63,950 bases of DNA, filler included, from Thraustochytrium aureum (GCA_012862495.1; 5 parts of 5 records of this genome joined end to end with filler, not necessarily neighbours in it); one strand, 5' to 3'. Shown: positions 20,666-34,773, numbered from the whole stretch's first letter. Translations and numbers: made by a program. The notes: generated from the sequence alone by a model not told the origin.

Positions 20666-23600
20666 GGCAGCGCCGATGACGCCGAGTCAAGGCCACGCGG
20701 GACGACCGCGGGCAGCTTGGACGACGGCGCCGCGCCCGCGCTCCACCCCGGCAGTTTCACTGGCGGCGTCGGCGCAAGGAAAGCGCGCGAGCTGCCCTCC
20801 GCAGTGCCGCGACTGAGCGTGTTGGTCCCCTTCTCTGCGGACCAGGAGGCGAGCCTGGCGGCCGCAGACGCAGAGGCGAGGCAGACTGACGAGGCGGCTG
20901 CGGCGGGCGACGAGTCGTCGAGCGCGGACCGCGAGTCCGTCCGGCGCACAAATGTACAGACACGCATCAACTCGACCGTACGCAAGCAGCTGGCCGACCT
21001 CATGGTGCGGCAGAACGCGCGGCTCCTAGACCGCAGAGCAGCTGGCGCAGCCGCGGGCGCGGCCCCCGGTGCGGCCCCGTCCTCGGAGCGCAAGAAGCGG
21101 CCCTCGCTGCAGCGCGTCAAAGGTCCTCGGCCGTCCATCCCGGCTGCGCTCAAGTTTCGCGCGCAAAAGGTGAGCGCACAGACTGGCGAGGCCGCCGCTG
21201 GCGAGTCGAACGCCTCCACGAGTGAAAGCGTGGGCGCTCGGCGTCCCTCCGCATTGGGGGCGGCGCAAGAACCCCTGCCTCGCGAGTCTGCCAAGTCGAA
21301 CTCGGGCAAACCTGCGGCGCTCTCTGAATCGGACGCGCCGGCGGACGGACCAAACGGCGCCCAGAACGACAGCCTGCGAGGTGCGGATCTGGGGGCGCTG
21401 AACGCTCGCGCAGCGCCGCCACGGGCGCCGCCCAGAGACCGCAGCAAGCCAGCGTCGTCAATGTGCGCCAGCGAAACGAGCGACTCTGAGGAGTCGCCAA
21501 TAGCCCTCACCGCACAGCTGGAACGGGACCTGGACGGCGACGGGTCAGAGCGGAGCAGCGCCGACTTGGAGGGCAAACGGCCGCAGCAGAGCAGCAGCCG
21601 CATGACCTCGTTCATGGCGAACGTGTCGCGGCTTCTCACGGCGTACCAGAAAAAGTCGGTCAAGGAAAAGGACCAGCGAAGCCTGCGCAAGCAGCGCAAG
21701 CGGCAGCAACGGCAGTCGCTGCGGCTTGGCGACCTGATCCACTACCTCCCGCGGGGCGGCGTGTACGTGATGACGAGCATCGGGCCGGTCCAGTTCGGCA
21801 TGCCGCCCGAGACGGTCAAAGACAGCATGGAGATGGGCCTCCGCGTGCCATCCGTCTACGTCGTCCCGCGCGAGCGGTTCAACCTGAGCGCTGGCGTCAA
21901 CGTGTGCGAGATCGAGTTCCCGGCGTTCTTCAACTTCTTCGTGCTGATGAAGCCAACAACGCTCGTGACGCACCGCGACACGTACGAAGACCTTTTGACG
22001 ATTATGAATGAGGCGCTGAACGGGCCGCAGCCGCACTTGCTGTTTGCCGAGCGGGAGTACTCGGCCTTTTGCCCAGAGTCGGTGCGCGCCGCTTGCCCAA
22101 ACCATGCGGCTGAGATATACCACTTTCGCGCCCCGAACCGCAAGCCGGGGGCCAAGCCGAGCATGCTCGACGTGGACATGCTCCTGGACGTGCGGTTCTT
22201 CGACGACGACGGGGTCTGCGACCTCGGCGAGGGTGTGCGGGTCTACGACGACGAGGAGAACTCGCGGTTCGAGCTCCTCGACACCAAGATGCACAATCGC
22301 ATGAGCGTCCGCAAGCGCACCGAGGCCGCCGCAGAGACCTTGACGCAGTCCTCGCTGACGACCGAGGACGAGGACGGCATACTCGTCCCGTACCGCGAAG
22401 CGGAGTCGTGCACGGTGCCCATTAGCGCGGGGCTCGTCCCGGAGCTCGATTTCGCCGACCCAAACGAGGACCCCACNNNNNNNNNNNNNNNNNNNNNNNN
22501 NNNNNNNNNNNNNNNNNNNNNNNNNNNNNNNNNNNNNNNNNNNNNNNNNNNNNNNNNNNNNNNNNNNNNNNNNNNNNNNNNNNNNNNNNNNNNNNNNNNN
22601 NNNNNNNNNNNNNNNNNNNNNNNNNNNNNNNNNNNNNNNNNNNNNNNNNNNNNNNNNNNNNNNNNNNNNNNNNNNNNNNNNNNNNNNNNNNNNNNNNNNN
22701 NNNNNNNNNNNNNNNNNNNNNNNNNNNNNNNNNNNNNNNNNNNNNNNNNNNNNNNNNNNNNNNNNNNNNNNNNNNNNNNNNNNNNNNNNNNNNNNNNNNN
22801 NNNNNNNNNNNNNNNNNNNNNNNNNNNNNNNNNNNNNNNNNNNNNNNNNNNNNNNNNNNNNNNNNNNNNNNNNNNNNNNNNNNNNNNNNNNNNNNNNNNN
22901 NNNNNNNNNNNNNNNNNNNNNNNNNNNNNNNNNNNNNNNNNNNNNNNNNNNNNNNNNNNNNNNNNNNNNNNNNNNNNNNNNNNNNNNNNNNNNNNNNGGT
23001 CGGGCAATCGCGAGAGCGCCGCTTTCCAGATCCCAAAGTTTGGCATCACGGTCCTCGGCAACTCTCACGGGTTCGACCCCGCTGGGTCGACCTCCGGGTT
23101 TGTGCTCTGGGTGAACGGGCAGGGCGTGATGGTGGACCCTCCGCCGCACAGCACTGCGCTCCTGCTCGATGCTGGCATTCCGCCCAACTCGATCACGGCC
23201 ATCATCCTGACGCACTGCCACGCCGACCACGATGCAGGAACCTTTCAAAAGATGATCACCGAGAACAAGGTGACGCTGATGACGACGTCGACCATCTTCG
23301 AGAGCTTCAAGCGCAAGTACGCCGCTGTCTCTGGGCTCAAGCCAGAGTTTATTCAGCAACTCGTCAGCTTCCGCCCCATGTTCCTGGAGGAGCCCAACTA
23401 TTGGAACGGGGCCAGCCTGCGGTTCTTCTACTCGCTGCACAGCATCCCCTGCGTGGGGTTCCAGGTCTCGTTCGGCGGCAAGGACATTGTGTACTCGGGT
23501 GACACGTTTTACGACCCGCCAGCGCTGCGCCGCATGCACGAGGACGGGACCCTCAGCGCGGCGCGGCTCAAGGCCCTGCTCGATTTCCCCTGGCACTGCG

Positions 23601-24639
23601 ACATTGTGCTGCACGAGGCTGGTGTGCCGCCCATCCACACCCCCATCGAAGCCCTGGCCGACCTCCCCAAGGCCTGCAAGAAAAACATCCACCTGATCCA
23701 CATTGACAAGCGCGCTGCGAGCCGGGCCGAGAAGTTTGGCTTTCGGATCGCGAAGGCGGGCGTGGAGAACACGATGGTGCTCATCCCGCGCGGGGAGGAC
23801 CAGCAGATGCTAAAGTTTCTGCAGCTCGTGAGCTCGATGGAGATCTTTCGCCACTTCAAGGTGGCCCAGGCCCTGGACCTGATGCTCATGTCGCGCGAGG
23901 CCTCGTACCCGAAGGGGGCGCTCATCTTGCGAAAGGGGACCACGTACGACCGCTTCATGATCATCCTGCAGGGCCGCGCCTCGGTCCAGTTTGAAGACGT
24001 CAAGAAGTTTTTTCGCGCCGGAGACTATCTCGGCGAGCTAGCTGCGTGGAGCGAGGGCGCGCCCGACTCGGCGAAGGCGGACGAGGCAGGCGCGGACCCC
24101 CGAGTCAAGGAGACGGTGCTCGCAGAGACGGACGTCAAGGTCATGGAGATCGACAAGTACGCGCTCAACTATCTGCTCATGAAGGACCCCGCTTTGCGCT
24201 CGAGGCTGGAGACGATGATCCACGCTCGCGTGGACGGCTCTTGGGAAGCCATTTCCAGCAACTCGCGCCTGCGCCTGCTGAGCTCGATGCAAAAGACCGA
24301 GCTTCAGGCTCTGCTGGTCACCCGGCGGCTTTCGCGCGGCGATATTGTCTGGGCTCGCGGCGATCCGGTCTCCATCGCGGTGCTCATCTCGCGCGGCGAG
24401 CTCGTCTTCGAGGAGGTGCACGGCCCCGTGCTGCGCGAGATCTCCGCAAAGGCCAAGGCTCTCCTAGAGGGGGGCCCCGCGGACGAGGAGCGTGTCGCGG
24501 CGAGGCGGCGCGCCCGCTCCACGGCTGCCAAGGGCGGCCGGAGGCTAACGGTGGGCGATCCGGACTGGGCTTTGCCCGACGTGGACGAAGAGGCGTTGCA
24601 CGAGTTCTCCGACCGCGACCTTGAGGGACAAGACCCCTC
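20666..24639 (+). CDS. Metallo-beta-lactamase-fold cyclic nucleotide phosphodiesterase with cNMP-binding domains (Dictyostelium PdeD/PdeE, GbpA/GbpB type); both ends truncated
   Basis: LGNSHGFDP..TSGFVLWVNGQGVMVDPP, THCHADHDAG (HxHxDH), LHSIPCVGF, YSGDT and HEAGVPPIHT, followed by cNMP domains (GALILRKG..FMIILQG..GDYLGE; GDIVWARGD..LISRGEL). N-terminal QFGMPPETVKD. Confidence 0.88.
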
Positions 24640-24739
24640 NNNNNNNNNNNNNNNNNNNNNNNNNNNNNNNNNNNNNNNNNNNNTTAATTAATTAANNNNN
24701 NNNNNNNNNNNNNNNNNNNNNNNNNNNNNNNNNNNNNNN
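24640..24739. other. Artificial scaffold linker N44-TTAATTAATTAA-N44
   Basis: Identical 100-nt structure occurs four times. The 12-mer gives stops in all six frames. Confidence 0.97.
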
Positions 24740-24840
24740 GGCAATGCTGCTTGGCGTCTGCCTGGCTGCCTGCGCGCGTTGGCGTGCGCTGCTCGGAGCT
24801 GGTCATGCGCGTGTCGCAGTGGCGCGAGGGGCTCTGGAGA

Positions 24841-26282
24841 ATGGCGACCCAGGGGCAAGCTAGCCCAGCTCGATCCGGCAGGGGGCCTCGAGGCCGGCCT
24901 CCTTGCCGCCAAGAGCAAACCGCCTCCAGACAAGGCGCCGCCCCACAAGAAGGGCGCCGTGGACTTTTGGGGACGTGGCGTCTGGGTTGTTGGGCTGTAC
25001 CTGTTCCAGGGCGTCTTCGCGGAGGACGTTGTCCTCGCCATGGTAAGTCGGCCGCAGGCGCCCTTCCCTGCTGTGCGTTGTCGCGCCTCGAGACGCGGCA
25101 GACGGCTGACGCGATCGACTCAGAACGCGCAAGGAGAAAATCTCAGCTGGTTCATAAGCCTGCTCACCGTAGCCAGCCAGTTTTCCGTCGCGTATCTTTC
25201 GATTATGCTGCGGCACAAGCACGACAGTCACGACGGCGGTGCGGTGCCCGTCAACCGCAGGTTTACGTTGGCGTACTTCGTGTCCCGGTATCGCTGGGAG
25301 TATGGCATGTCTGGATTGAGCACTGTCCTCTACGCTGTAATGAGCAACCGGGCGACCATCTTTCTCAATTTCAACACGGTGCAGCTGTTCAAGACAAGTA
25401 AGATTGCCTACGTCATGGCGCAGAGCTGGGTGCTTCTTCACCACGCGTATTCGCTGTAAGTTTCTCTCTCACTTGGCAAGCTTGGTCATGCTTGGGAGCT
25501 GGCGCAAACACGTCGCCGTCGCTGACGGGACTCGCGCGGGGCGCGCTCGGCGCCTCATTAGTCGTGCCACTATGTACTCTATCTCACTCTGCGCCGGGCT
25601 CTACGTGCTCTCGCGCGCTGATGTGGAATCGACAAGGAAAGCTCACGTCTCAGACGTAAACGCAACGGAGCAGCTCGCCACTCTTGTCCAGGGCTTTTCC
25701 CTCATGTTCGTCTCGATGCTCTTCATTGCTCTGAGTAACGTGCTCCAAGAAGCAGTGTTGCGCCAGCACGTCTGGTCGTGGCCGTGGAGGCGGAACAACG
25801 AGAAGACTCTGTCGGACGTTGTGCCGCTCAACAAGCGCAAAGCGCACCAGGTCAAAGACGAGCTCATTTTCTTTTGCAACCTGGTCACGAGCGTCGTCCT
25901 CTTCGCGGGAGCGGTGTACCATGGCGAACTTGTGCGCGGGTTTGCGTTCTTCCGGCGCAACTCTGCGCGCCTAGTTTTCGAGCAAGCGGTCATTCTTTGT
26001 ATCAACGCTTTCGGCCAGCGCCTCATGCTCGACTTGTCGCACCTGTATGGCTCGACAAGCGCGACAATCGTCGTCACGGTGCGCAAGACAATCACATTTG
26101 CGCTCTCGGTGTTGTTTTTTCCCAAGCCCTTCAGCGTTACGCATGGGGTAGCCCTTATCGTGGTGAGTGTGGCTGCTTGCCTCCTGCAGCTGCAGATCAT
26201 GGCGGATGAACGCCGCCCGCGCAAGACTCGCGCCAAGGAGCCGCCTCCGAGCGATGGCGGCATAGGAATCGTGCTTGTCTAG
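24841..26282 (+). CDS. UAA-family nucleotide-sugar/PAPS transporter (SLC35B-like); introns 25043-25123 and 25456-25561; 1-nt frameshift in G-run near 24852
   Basis: MSNRATIFLNFNTVQLFKTSKIAYVM, SNVLQE, TVRKTITFALSVLFFPKPFS and multiple TM helices. GTAAG donors with CTGAC branch points restore the frame. Confidence 0.85.
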
Positions 26283-26581
26283 TAGAGCCCTGCTGCGCGA
26301 GAGAGCGTTGGCACTCCGTGGCTCGCATTTCTGTTCCCGTTTCGGGCGGGTACGGGAATCAAGGTAGAGTTTTTCGAAATGAGATGGGCCAAAGTTTCCA
26401 AATGGAAGCTCAAGCTTGGCATGCTCACCTCCGAGCAGGCACAGCAATAGGCGGAAGCGGGGCTCGATTACCGCAACGACAACCTCAATACCGGTTCGTC
26501 CCCTGAAAAAAATTCTACAGCAACACGTGTCATGTTCAATTTCCCTCCAACGCCGTTGGCCAAGCAGCTTCGCGACCCGCT

Positions 26582-27328
26582 TCAGCACCAGCCCCCTGCA
26601 AATGGGATCACCTGGCCAGTGATATAGTCTGCCTTGTCAGAAGCCAGAAAGGCGACAAGTTCGGCGGGCTCCTCCGGGCGGCCGAGTCGGTGGAGTGGAA
26701 TCCGCTTGACGATCTTGGCCCGTGTCGCAGCGTCGGCCAAGAGCTCCTCCGGAAAGTACGTCGGGCTCTCGATGAAATTTGGCGCGACGGCGTTGACTTG
26801 GATGTTGTGCTGGGCGAGCTCTTGCGCGAGCGTGACAGCCATCGCGTTTGTAGCCCCACGTGCTACCACGTACGCGCTGTAGTTGGGCAGGCCCCGAAAC
26901 GGCGTCGCAGAGGTGATGAAAATGACCTTGCCGCTCCGACGCGACTGCATGGACGGGACAACCTTGCTCGTCAGTTCAAAAGGAAATATGGTGAGCGCTG
27001 CAAGCGTCTCGGCCAACTCCTTTGCGCTCACATCGGTGCAAGCATTGCGACGCGCAGGGAACGCGTCGTTGTTAACGAGGACGTCCACGTGATTCTCCAC
27101 TGCCGCGGCGACCTCGCTCGCCGAGCTAGCCTTGATGAAGAGCACTCTCTCGCGACTTGACTCGTCCAAGCGAGCGCGAAAGTCGTTTACCGCGCTCGGC
27201 TCCTTGAATGCCGAGTCCTGGCAAAACAGCGTCCCCTCTGGGTTGGCCGCTGCCAGGGCCCGCGTCACGGCGACACCTAAAAACTCAGTCACGTTCGTGA
27301 CGAGGAGCCGGCGGGCTGGCGTCCCCAT
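26582..27328 (-). CDS. hhe: Halohydrin dehalogenase (haloalcohol dehalogenase/epoxidase; SDR fold), 248 aa, intronless
   Basis: T-X4-F-X-G (TNVTEFLG) replaces the SDR TGxxxGxG cofactor motif. Catalytic S-X12-Y-X3-R (SATPFRGLPNYSAYVVAR) replaces YxxxK. Also DVLVNND, halide-loop APNFIESPTYFP and terminal GQVIPFAGGW. Confidence 0.88.
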   Translation of the reverse strand: MGTPARRLLVTNVTEFLGVAVTRALAAANPEGTLFCQDSAFKEPSAVNDFRARLDESSRERVLFIKASSASEVAAAVENHVDVLVNNDAFPARRNACTDVSAKELAETLAALTIFPFELTSKVVPSMQSRRSGKVIFITSATPFRGLPNYSAYVVARGATNAMAVTLAQELAQHNIQVNAVAPNFIESPTYFPEELLADAATRAKIVKRIPLHRLGRPEEPAELVAFLASDKADYITGQVIPFAGGWC

Positions 27329-27342
27329 ATTGGCAGCGAGGC

Positions 27343-27359
27343 AGGCAGGCTGGCTTGCG

Positions 27360-27399
<40 letters not shown>
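27343..27399. repeat. (GGCT)n microsatellite running into a gap
   Basis: Directly visible just upstream of the dehalogenase ATG. Confidence 0.9.
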
Positions 27400-27823
27400 N
27401 NNNNNNNNNNNNNNNNNNNNNNNNNNNNNNNNNNNNNNNNNNNNNNNNNNNNNNNNNNNNNNNNNNNNNNNNNNNNNNNNNNNNNNNNNNNNNNNNNNNN
27501 NNNNNNNNNNNNNNNNNNNNNNNNNNNNNNNNNNNNNNNNNNNNNNNNNNNNNCCCCCGTTGCATTGGAGGGAGCAAGATCCAGCCAGCTTCCGCAGAAC
27601 AGGCGCCGCTGATTTGCGTGCGAACGGATCTTTTATGACCAGAGTCCAGCCGAGGCTGTTCCCCTTTCCGTCAACGCTTCGCTTCGCATTTGCTGCGCCC
27701 CCACGCGCGCCGTCCAGCAGCAACGACGACGCGCAGCAGCATCGACGCCGTAGAGCGGCAGCAACGCTAACAGCGCCCTACTTACCAGTAAAGGTGGCCG
27801 ACGGCTCCGACGAGTTCAAACAC

Positions 27824-29044
27824 ATGGGCCATGACTCGGACCGCACAACGTCCAGTCGCCGTCAGCGTCGCCGCAAGGGAAACGCCCCACGGCTTGTCTG
27901 GCACGACTGCGATGACGAGCGAGATCGCAGTGATATCCGTGTGGAAATCCTTCGAGACGGTGGCGCAGCGTCTCGGAACAAGACCAGTTGGACGGGAAGG
28001 GACCAGTTCGTGTACGACACGACCAACGCGAGGTCTATAGAGGATATTGCGCGATGCGTGGACCAGCTCGCCCGAGCCAGCTTTGACGAGTGGGATCCAT
28101 CGATGGAGCTGGCGTGCCCGTGCTGCATCGACAGAAAGCTTCCACACGGTACGAGTTTGGAAACGATGCTGGAAAGCCTGGGAAGGTTTGCTCGCGAATT
28201 CGCAGGCAAAGCAGATATCGTTGGCCCTGACTCGGCCATTGCAGATTCGTTGTGGCGTGCATTTGCGGCTGTGGACTGCACGGCATCAGGGACTGGGTTT
28301 TGCTCTGTAACCGCGTCGTGCGCTGGCGGGCTCGGCGCTCAGAGCTTGCGAGGGCCGTGGGAGCGCTCGCACAAGAGGGCTTGCTGCGCAAGCGCCAAGT
28401 ACTCTAAGGGACACTTTATGGACGAGCACCTGAATACGAGAGCGCCTGCGAGCCTCAGCAGGATCCAGTTTGCCGAAGCTGTCTCGCAAGTACTTGGCGT
28501 GCGTGCCTCGTGGCTAACGCTCCGCCTCATCACGGATGCGCTTGTCGAGGATCGCAGCGATCGCGTTTCCAAACGACTCTTCTTGGAGCGCGTGATTCGG
28601 TTGCCTTTGCCCGCAAGTGAGCACGCTCAGTACGGGCGCTTCGCACACAAGCTCTGCCGCTTCCTTGTGGCGGAAAGCATGGACGCGACGGCAGCATTGC
28701 AGTGGGTCGCAGAGGGGCAGGGGCCAGGAAAGCCAAGCAGGGCGATTTCGCTCGCGGCCTTTGCACGCGCCTTACGCAAGGATGTCGACATAGACCTGGA
28801 GTGGGACCTTGCTCGAGCTCTTGCCAGGTCATACGGGACAGCATCAGGAGTGGGTTTCGCGGCGAAGGGCTTTTGGGACATGCTTGTGGACCTCTTCTTG
28901 CTGCGGGCCGCCGAGCTCGAGCGGCGCCTTTCCGTTTCTCCTTGCGGCTCGCGCCAAGCTCGCGCGCTCCAGCGCAGGCTTGGGGAGTGCGAGCGGTTCT
29001 TGGCCTCTGCCTACGCAAAGCGGGAGCACGACCCATCAATCTGA
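27824..29044 (+). CDS. Hypothetical protein, possibly with degenerate EF-hands; start uncertain (alternative ATG 27635)
   Basis: Long ORF with EF-like segments LWRAFAAVDCTASGTG and EDRSDRVSKRLF. No firm family assignment. Confidence 0.55.
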   Translation: MGHDSDRTTSSRRQRRRKGNAPRLVWHDCDDERDRSDIRVEILRDGGAASRNKTSWTGRDQFVYDTTNARSIEDIARCVDQLARASFDEWDPSMELACPCCIDRKLPHGTSLETMLESLGRFAREFAGKADIVGPDSAIADSLWRAFAAVDCTASGTGFCSVTASCAGGLGAQSLRGPWERSHKRACCASAKYSKGHFMDEHLNTRAPASLSRIQFAEAVSQVLGVRASWLTLRLITDALVEDRSDRVSKRLFLERVIRLPLPASEHAQYGRFAHKLCRFLVAESMDATAALQWVAEGQGPGKPSRAISLAAFARALRKDVDIDLEWDLARALARSYGTASGVGFAAKGFWDMLVDLFLLRAAELERRLSVSPCGSRQARALQRRLGECERFLASAYAKREHDPSI

Positions 29045-29272
29045 ATTGTGATGGCGCCGTAGGTACCGAACAGCGCGCTGCTCGCCAACGGCACCAACGG
29101 ATAAGCCCCAGCAAGCAAGCCGAACGCACGCCGCGAAAGCAGACGTCCGCGCCAAGTGCGTACGCACCAGCCGTGGCAGATAGACGACTTTCAGCACGCG
29201 CGCAGGCCTGCAAGGCGGCCGACAAGGCGGTAGGCAGACTGGAGCCGGAACCAACGTGTTGCCCAGCCTCCA

Positions 29273-30999
29273 ATGGACGACGCAGCTGACCACAGCGGTC
29301 GCGCGCGAGGCCCAGCACGGAGCAAGGGCCTGCCGGAGGTCGGGTTTTGGCGTGGGGGCAACCTCTCGATTCCTACGCCTGGCGCGAAGGCTGGCGGAAG
29401 CGCGTTTTTCAACGCAAGGCAGCAGCGTTGGGAGCACCGCCACCAGCTTAAGACGCACTACCAAAAGCTCGCCAGTGTGAAGAGCAGCATCCCCCCAGTG
29501 CAGCCGCGTGGCGGGGCGCGGCCCAGTAGACCTGTACACCGGGCAGCTCAATCACGCAGTGCTCGCTTGCCTGCAGTGAAACAGGCCAACGTTGCGAGTC
29601 GCACCTCGTGGCAGGCCAGCGGGCATCAAAGAAAGAACGCCAACAACAACAACAACAACAACAGAGAAGACAGCGCCAGCGACAGCAGTGAGTCGTGGCG
29701 TGAGGGCGCCAGTAGACACAAGGGCGCGAAGAGCATCCAGCTGAACCGCGGGGCAAAGTCACTGAGCCCGAAGCGCCAGAAAGACCACGGCGCTGCGGCC
29801 AAGCTTCCACCCGTCAACCTTGATGTGGCTCGCCAGCGCCGCCAGAACAATATTCTGAGCGTGCTTGAGCAGGAAGAAAAGAAGATCTTGCACGCCAAGC
29901 CCGTCAAGCCCGTCGTGATCGCCTCGCGGTGCGGGCTCGCGAGCGGCTCGAGGAGCGCCAACTCGCGGAGGCGCTCCAGCGCAAGGAGGAAGAAAAGCAA
30001 GCGCGGCGCGAGGAGCGAAAGCGAGCGAAAGCGGAGCGGGCACGAGAGCGTGAGCGTCTCCAAGCCGAGCGAGAGCGGGCGAAAGTGGCCAGTGTCAAAG
30101 CAACAGCGGCTGTGGACTTCCGTGAGGAGGCTCCACTCTCAGCCAGCGCAACGCAGAAAGTTTGTCACGCGCAACCCGCGACAAATTGCGAGCCCGCAGG
30201 AGGCCGTTCTCGAATTCCGCGCCCTCCTCGCGGCCTTAGTTCCGATGCCCAAGGAAGCAAGGCGGTCGAGCGGAGTGCTTCAGAGGATGTCCTGCGTGGC
30301 TTTGACCATGCAAGCCGTGGCTCAAGCGCCGGCGCCTCGATCAGTCAGTTCTGGACGCGCGACACAGCCTCGGCTCAAGGGTCAGCAGGAATCGCTCGGC
30401 TATGCGAAAGGGGCGAGTCTGCTGAACGGTCCAAGTGCGTCTCAACCCCGCTGAATGTCCCATACCCCAGCGACGACGAGGCCGGTGGAAGTGGGAGCGA
30501 ATGCGACACAGCAGAGCAAGGCGAGCAGAGCTCGTGCGGTGCTTCGCATTCGCCTGCTGGAGCCCAAGGCTGTCGCGTTCAACCTGCTAATCGGTCCACC
30601 TCGACCTCGAACTCGGATGCGCTGCTGAACATGTCAGACACGAGCGGGATGTTTCCGTCAAGCCTTGACGTCCTCGAGCGCGTGCAGGACGACAAGCGGC
30701 CAAGCCCTGGAGGTGATTCTGATGCAAGGGATTCGTTGTCCGCGCCCGGGGTGGGTGCACACGATTCGAGCTTGAGACGTGACGCCATCGAGAGTGGGCT
30801 TGTTTCTGGCTCCGGGTCTCATGGGCCTGTTTCTGAGAAATGTGATGGCGATGAGGCCTCTTCGCAAATGGGGGTTGAGAGCGACGGCGAGGACTCCTAC
30901 GTCGACGAGGATTCGCTCGGTTCTATCATTGACGCCGCGGCCCTCATCGAGAGGAGTTTGTGTCAGCTCGAGCAAGAACAGGAACGTGAAGACTCATGA
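29273..30999 (+). CDS. Hypothetical low-complexity/coiled-coil protein; 1-nt frameshift near 29890
   Basis: Adding one G at TTG^CACG joins ORF 29273 to the E/R/K-rich ORF ending at 30999 (LARQARQARRDRLAVRARERLEE). Contains an (AAC)n poly-Asn run. Confidence 0.6.
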
Positions 31000-31704
31000 T
31001 GCGATGCGAACTTTTCTGTCGAAGGTAGCCGTCGTCCCGAGTCGAATACCGGTGTACGAGTACGAGTTGTTCCGTGCTGAGTAGGGTGGGTTTTAATTAA
31101 GGTAGGTAGTACCTCTACGGTACTCGAGGACCACTCCAAACATTGATGATAGACTCGTTTCTTTCACTTTTTCTTTTTTGTCGCGTGGAAGGTGGTAAGG
31201 GTAACATCGAACCGCATGGAATCGGTTGTCACTTCTGCTCATCAATCGTCGAGCCTCCAACCACTGGCAAGTTGTCACGCAACCTCCAACCCCAACCAAG
31301 TGTCTCCAAGCAAAGAGGGTCCTCCTTGCTCTCTGAACCATCCGTTTCCTGGACAGAGCCGAGCTCATCGTCGGATCCTCCTCCTTGCTCTGCGTTGCTG
31401 GTTTGTGACGTTTTGCCAGCCTCGATGAACACTGCTGGGTCGGATCGCGCGGCGCTGGCAGCTTGTCTAATGATCCCGTGGAAAAGGGAGATGGAGGTGG
31501 ACGAGAAAGCAGCACGGGATCCAAGCCGTCATTTCTCCGGTATCCTTCTGACCCCTAATGGGATCGGACAGAGCGACAGACATGATGTTGGCGATGGTTT
31601 CCCGACAGACACCCTTCTTGCAGCAGTACTCGCGAGCCCGCACGTCTACCCAGCCGAACCAGCCGAACCGCCAACCGCAGGAGAGCACATACCGCGCCGC
31701 CACA

Positions 31705-33446
<1,742 letters not shown>

Positions 33447-33657
33447 TCCCTTGTCTCGAGTGGCCGGCCGATCGCCCCATCACCCGGGGTGGAAGGTCCG
33501 CGCTTGGGTTGCGCGTGGCCTCGCACCGCAGTGCCTCGCTTGCGCAAGCGCCTCCCATTATTTGCCGCAAATGCGCACATCGCGAAGTTTTTCACAAACC
33601 CCAACCATCCAGCCCGCCCTGCCCGCCCTGGCAACGAAAAAAAAGAGGTTTTTGCAG

Positions 33658-34586
33658 TTACGCCGTAGCTCCCTTGCGTTGCGCCACAAAGCAACGCAAT
33701 ATCCGCTCGTCCGCCAAGTGGCGTGTCTCGCAGAGCAGCACTTGAAAGCTCGTTGAAGGGAAGCTCTGCTCGAGAGTAGCAAGGTCCAAGAGCCGGCCCT
33801 GGTTTCTTGGCGTCTTAGCCACGGCATCGGGCCCACCGCCCTCGGCAGCAAAGGTTTCCCACAACACAAATCCGGCGGGCGCGACCAGCTCGGCTGCGCG
33901 GGGCATGAATGCCTTTTGCAAGAACCGGACACCGAGCACAAGGTCAAAGGTGCCAGCAAGGGGCCCCGTGTCGCCTTGCAGGGAGCCGTCGCCTCGCACT
34001 CGACAGAGCGCCGTCCTAACCTGGTCTGAAACCCGGTGGGTTTGGGCCATCCGCGCTACTCTGTCCAGGGCAACAGGTAGCGCGTCGACGGCGACGACAC
34101 GCCACCCGCGCGACGCAAGGAAGATCGCATCGCGCCCTGCCCCCGCACCCAAGGCCCACGCACTCGGGGGGCGTCCTGGCCCGCCGACCCTACGCAGCTC
34201 TCGATGTGCGGGATCCAATCCACGACGCTCTGCGAGGGGCGGAACAGTATTGGCGGCTTGAGCGTCGCAGAAACCGGGCCGCCTTGCACGCGGTTCGCGA
34301 GCTCCGCAGGTCGCCACAGCGTGAGATCGTCGTCCTCGAGCACCGTAGCCATCGCCCAGCCCCGCGCGTGCAGAAGCGCCTGTACGGCCTGCTTTTCTGC
34401 GCCGGGGCGCGCCAGGACGAAGACGGGTTCGTGCTTGGGCGGCAGCTCGAACACGCTGGACTCGAGCGCTCCGAGCGGCACGTTGAGCGAAGGGACCAAG
34501 CGGCGCAGGGCGAAGGCAGCCGCGGGCCGCGCGTCCAGACAGGGCAGGCCGCTCTCCAGCCAGGCCGCCACGCCCTCCGACTCCAT
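33658..34586 (-). CDS. Rhodanese-like domain fused to TehB/TPMT-like SAM-dependent methyltransferase; frameshift near 34155
   Basis: N-terminal LDARPAAAFALRRLVPSLNVP..ELPP (rhodanese fold). C-terminal LGAGAGRDAIFLASRGWRVVAVD (motif I), FDLVLGVRFL and LVAPAGFVLWETF. Confidence 0.8.
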
Positions 34587-34773
34587 CGCAGGCGCGCGCT
34601 GGGCGGCGAACGCTGGATTTGTTCGGGTCGCGCGTGCAAGCAACGGCCGCCCAGCAGTGCGGACGCGAAAGGCCAAGCGCTGTCGCTGCTCGGGAAGCTG
34701 CTGCTGCTGCTGCTGCTTGTGCGCGCGCAGACCGGACAGGGCGGAAGGGGCACGGGCCGCGCGTGGGGGCGGG

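Noticed and set aside
26582..27328. Ordinary FabG-like short-chain dehydrogenase
   Set aside because: It lacks TGxxxGxG and YxxxK and has the halohydrin dehalogenase substitutions instead.
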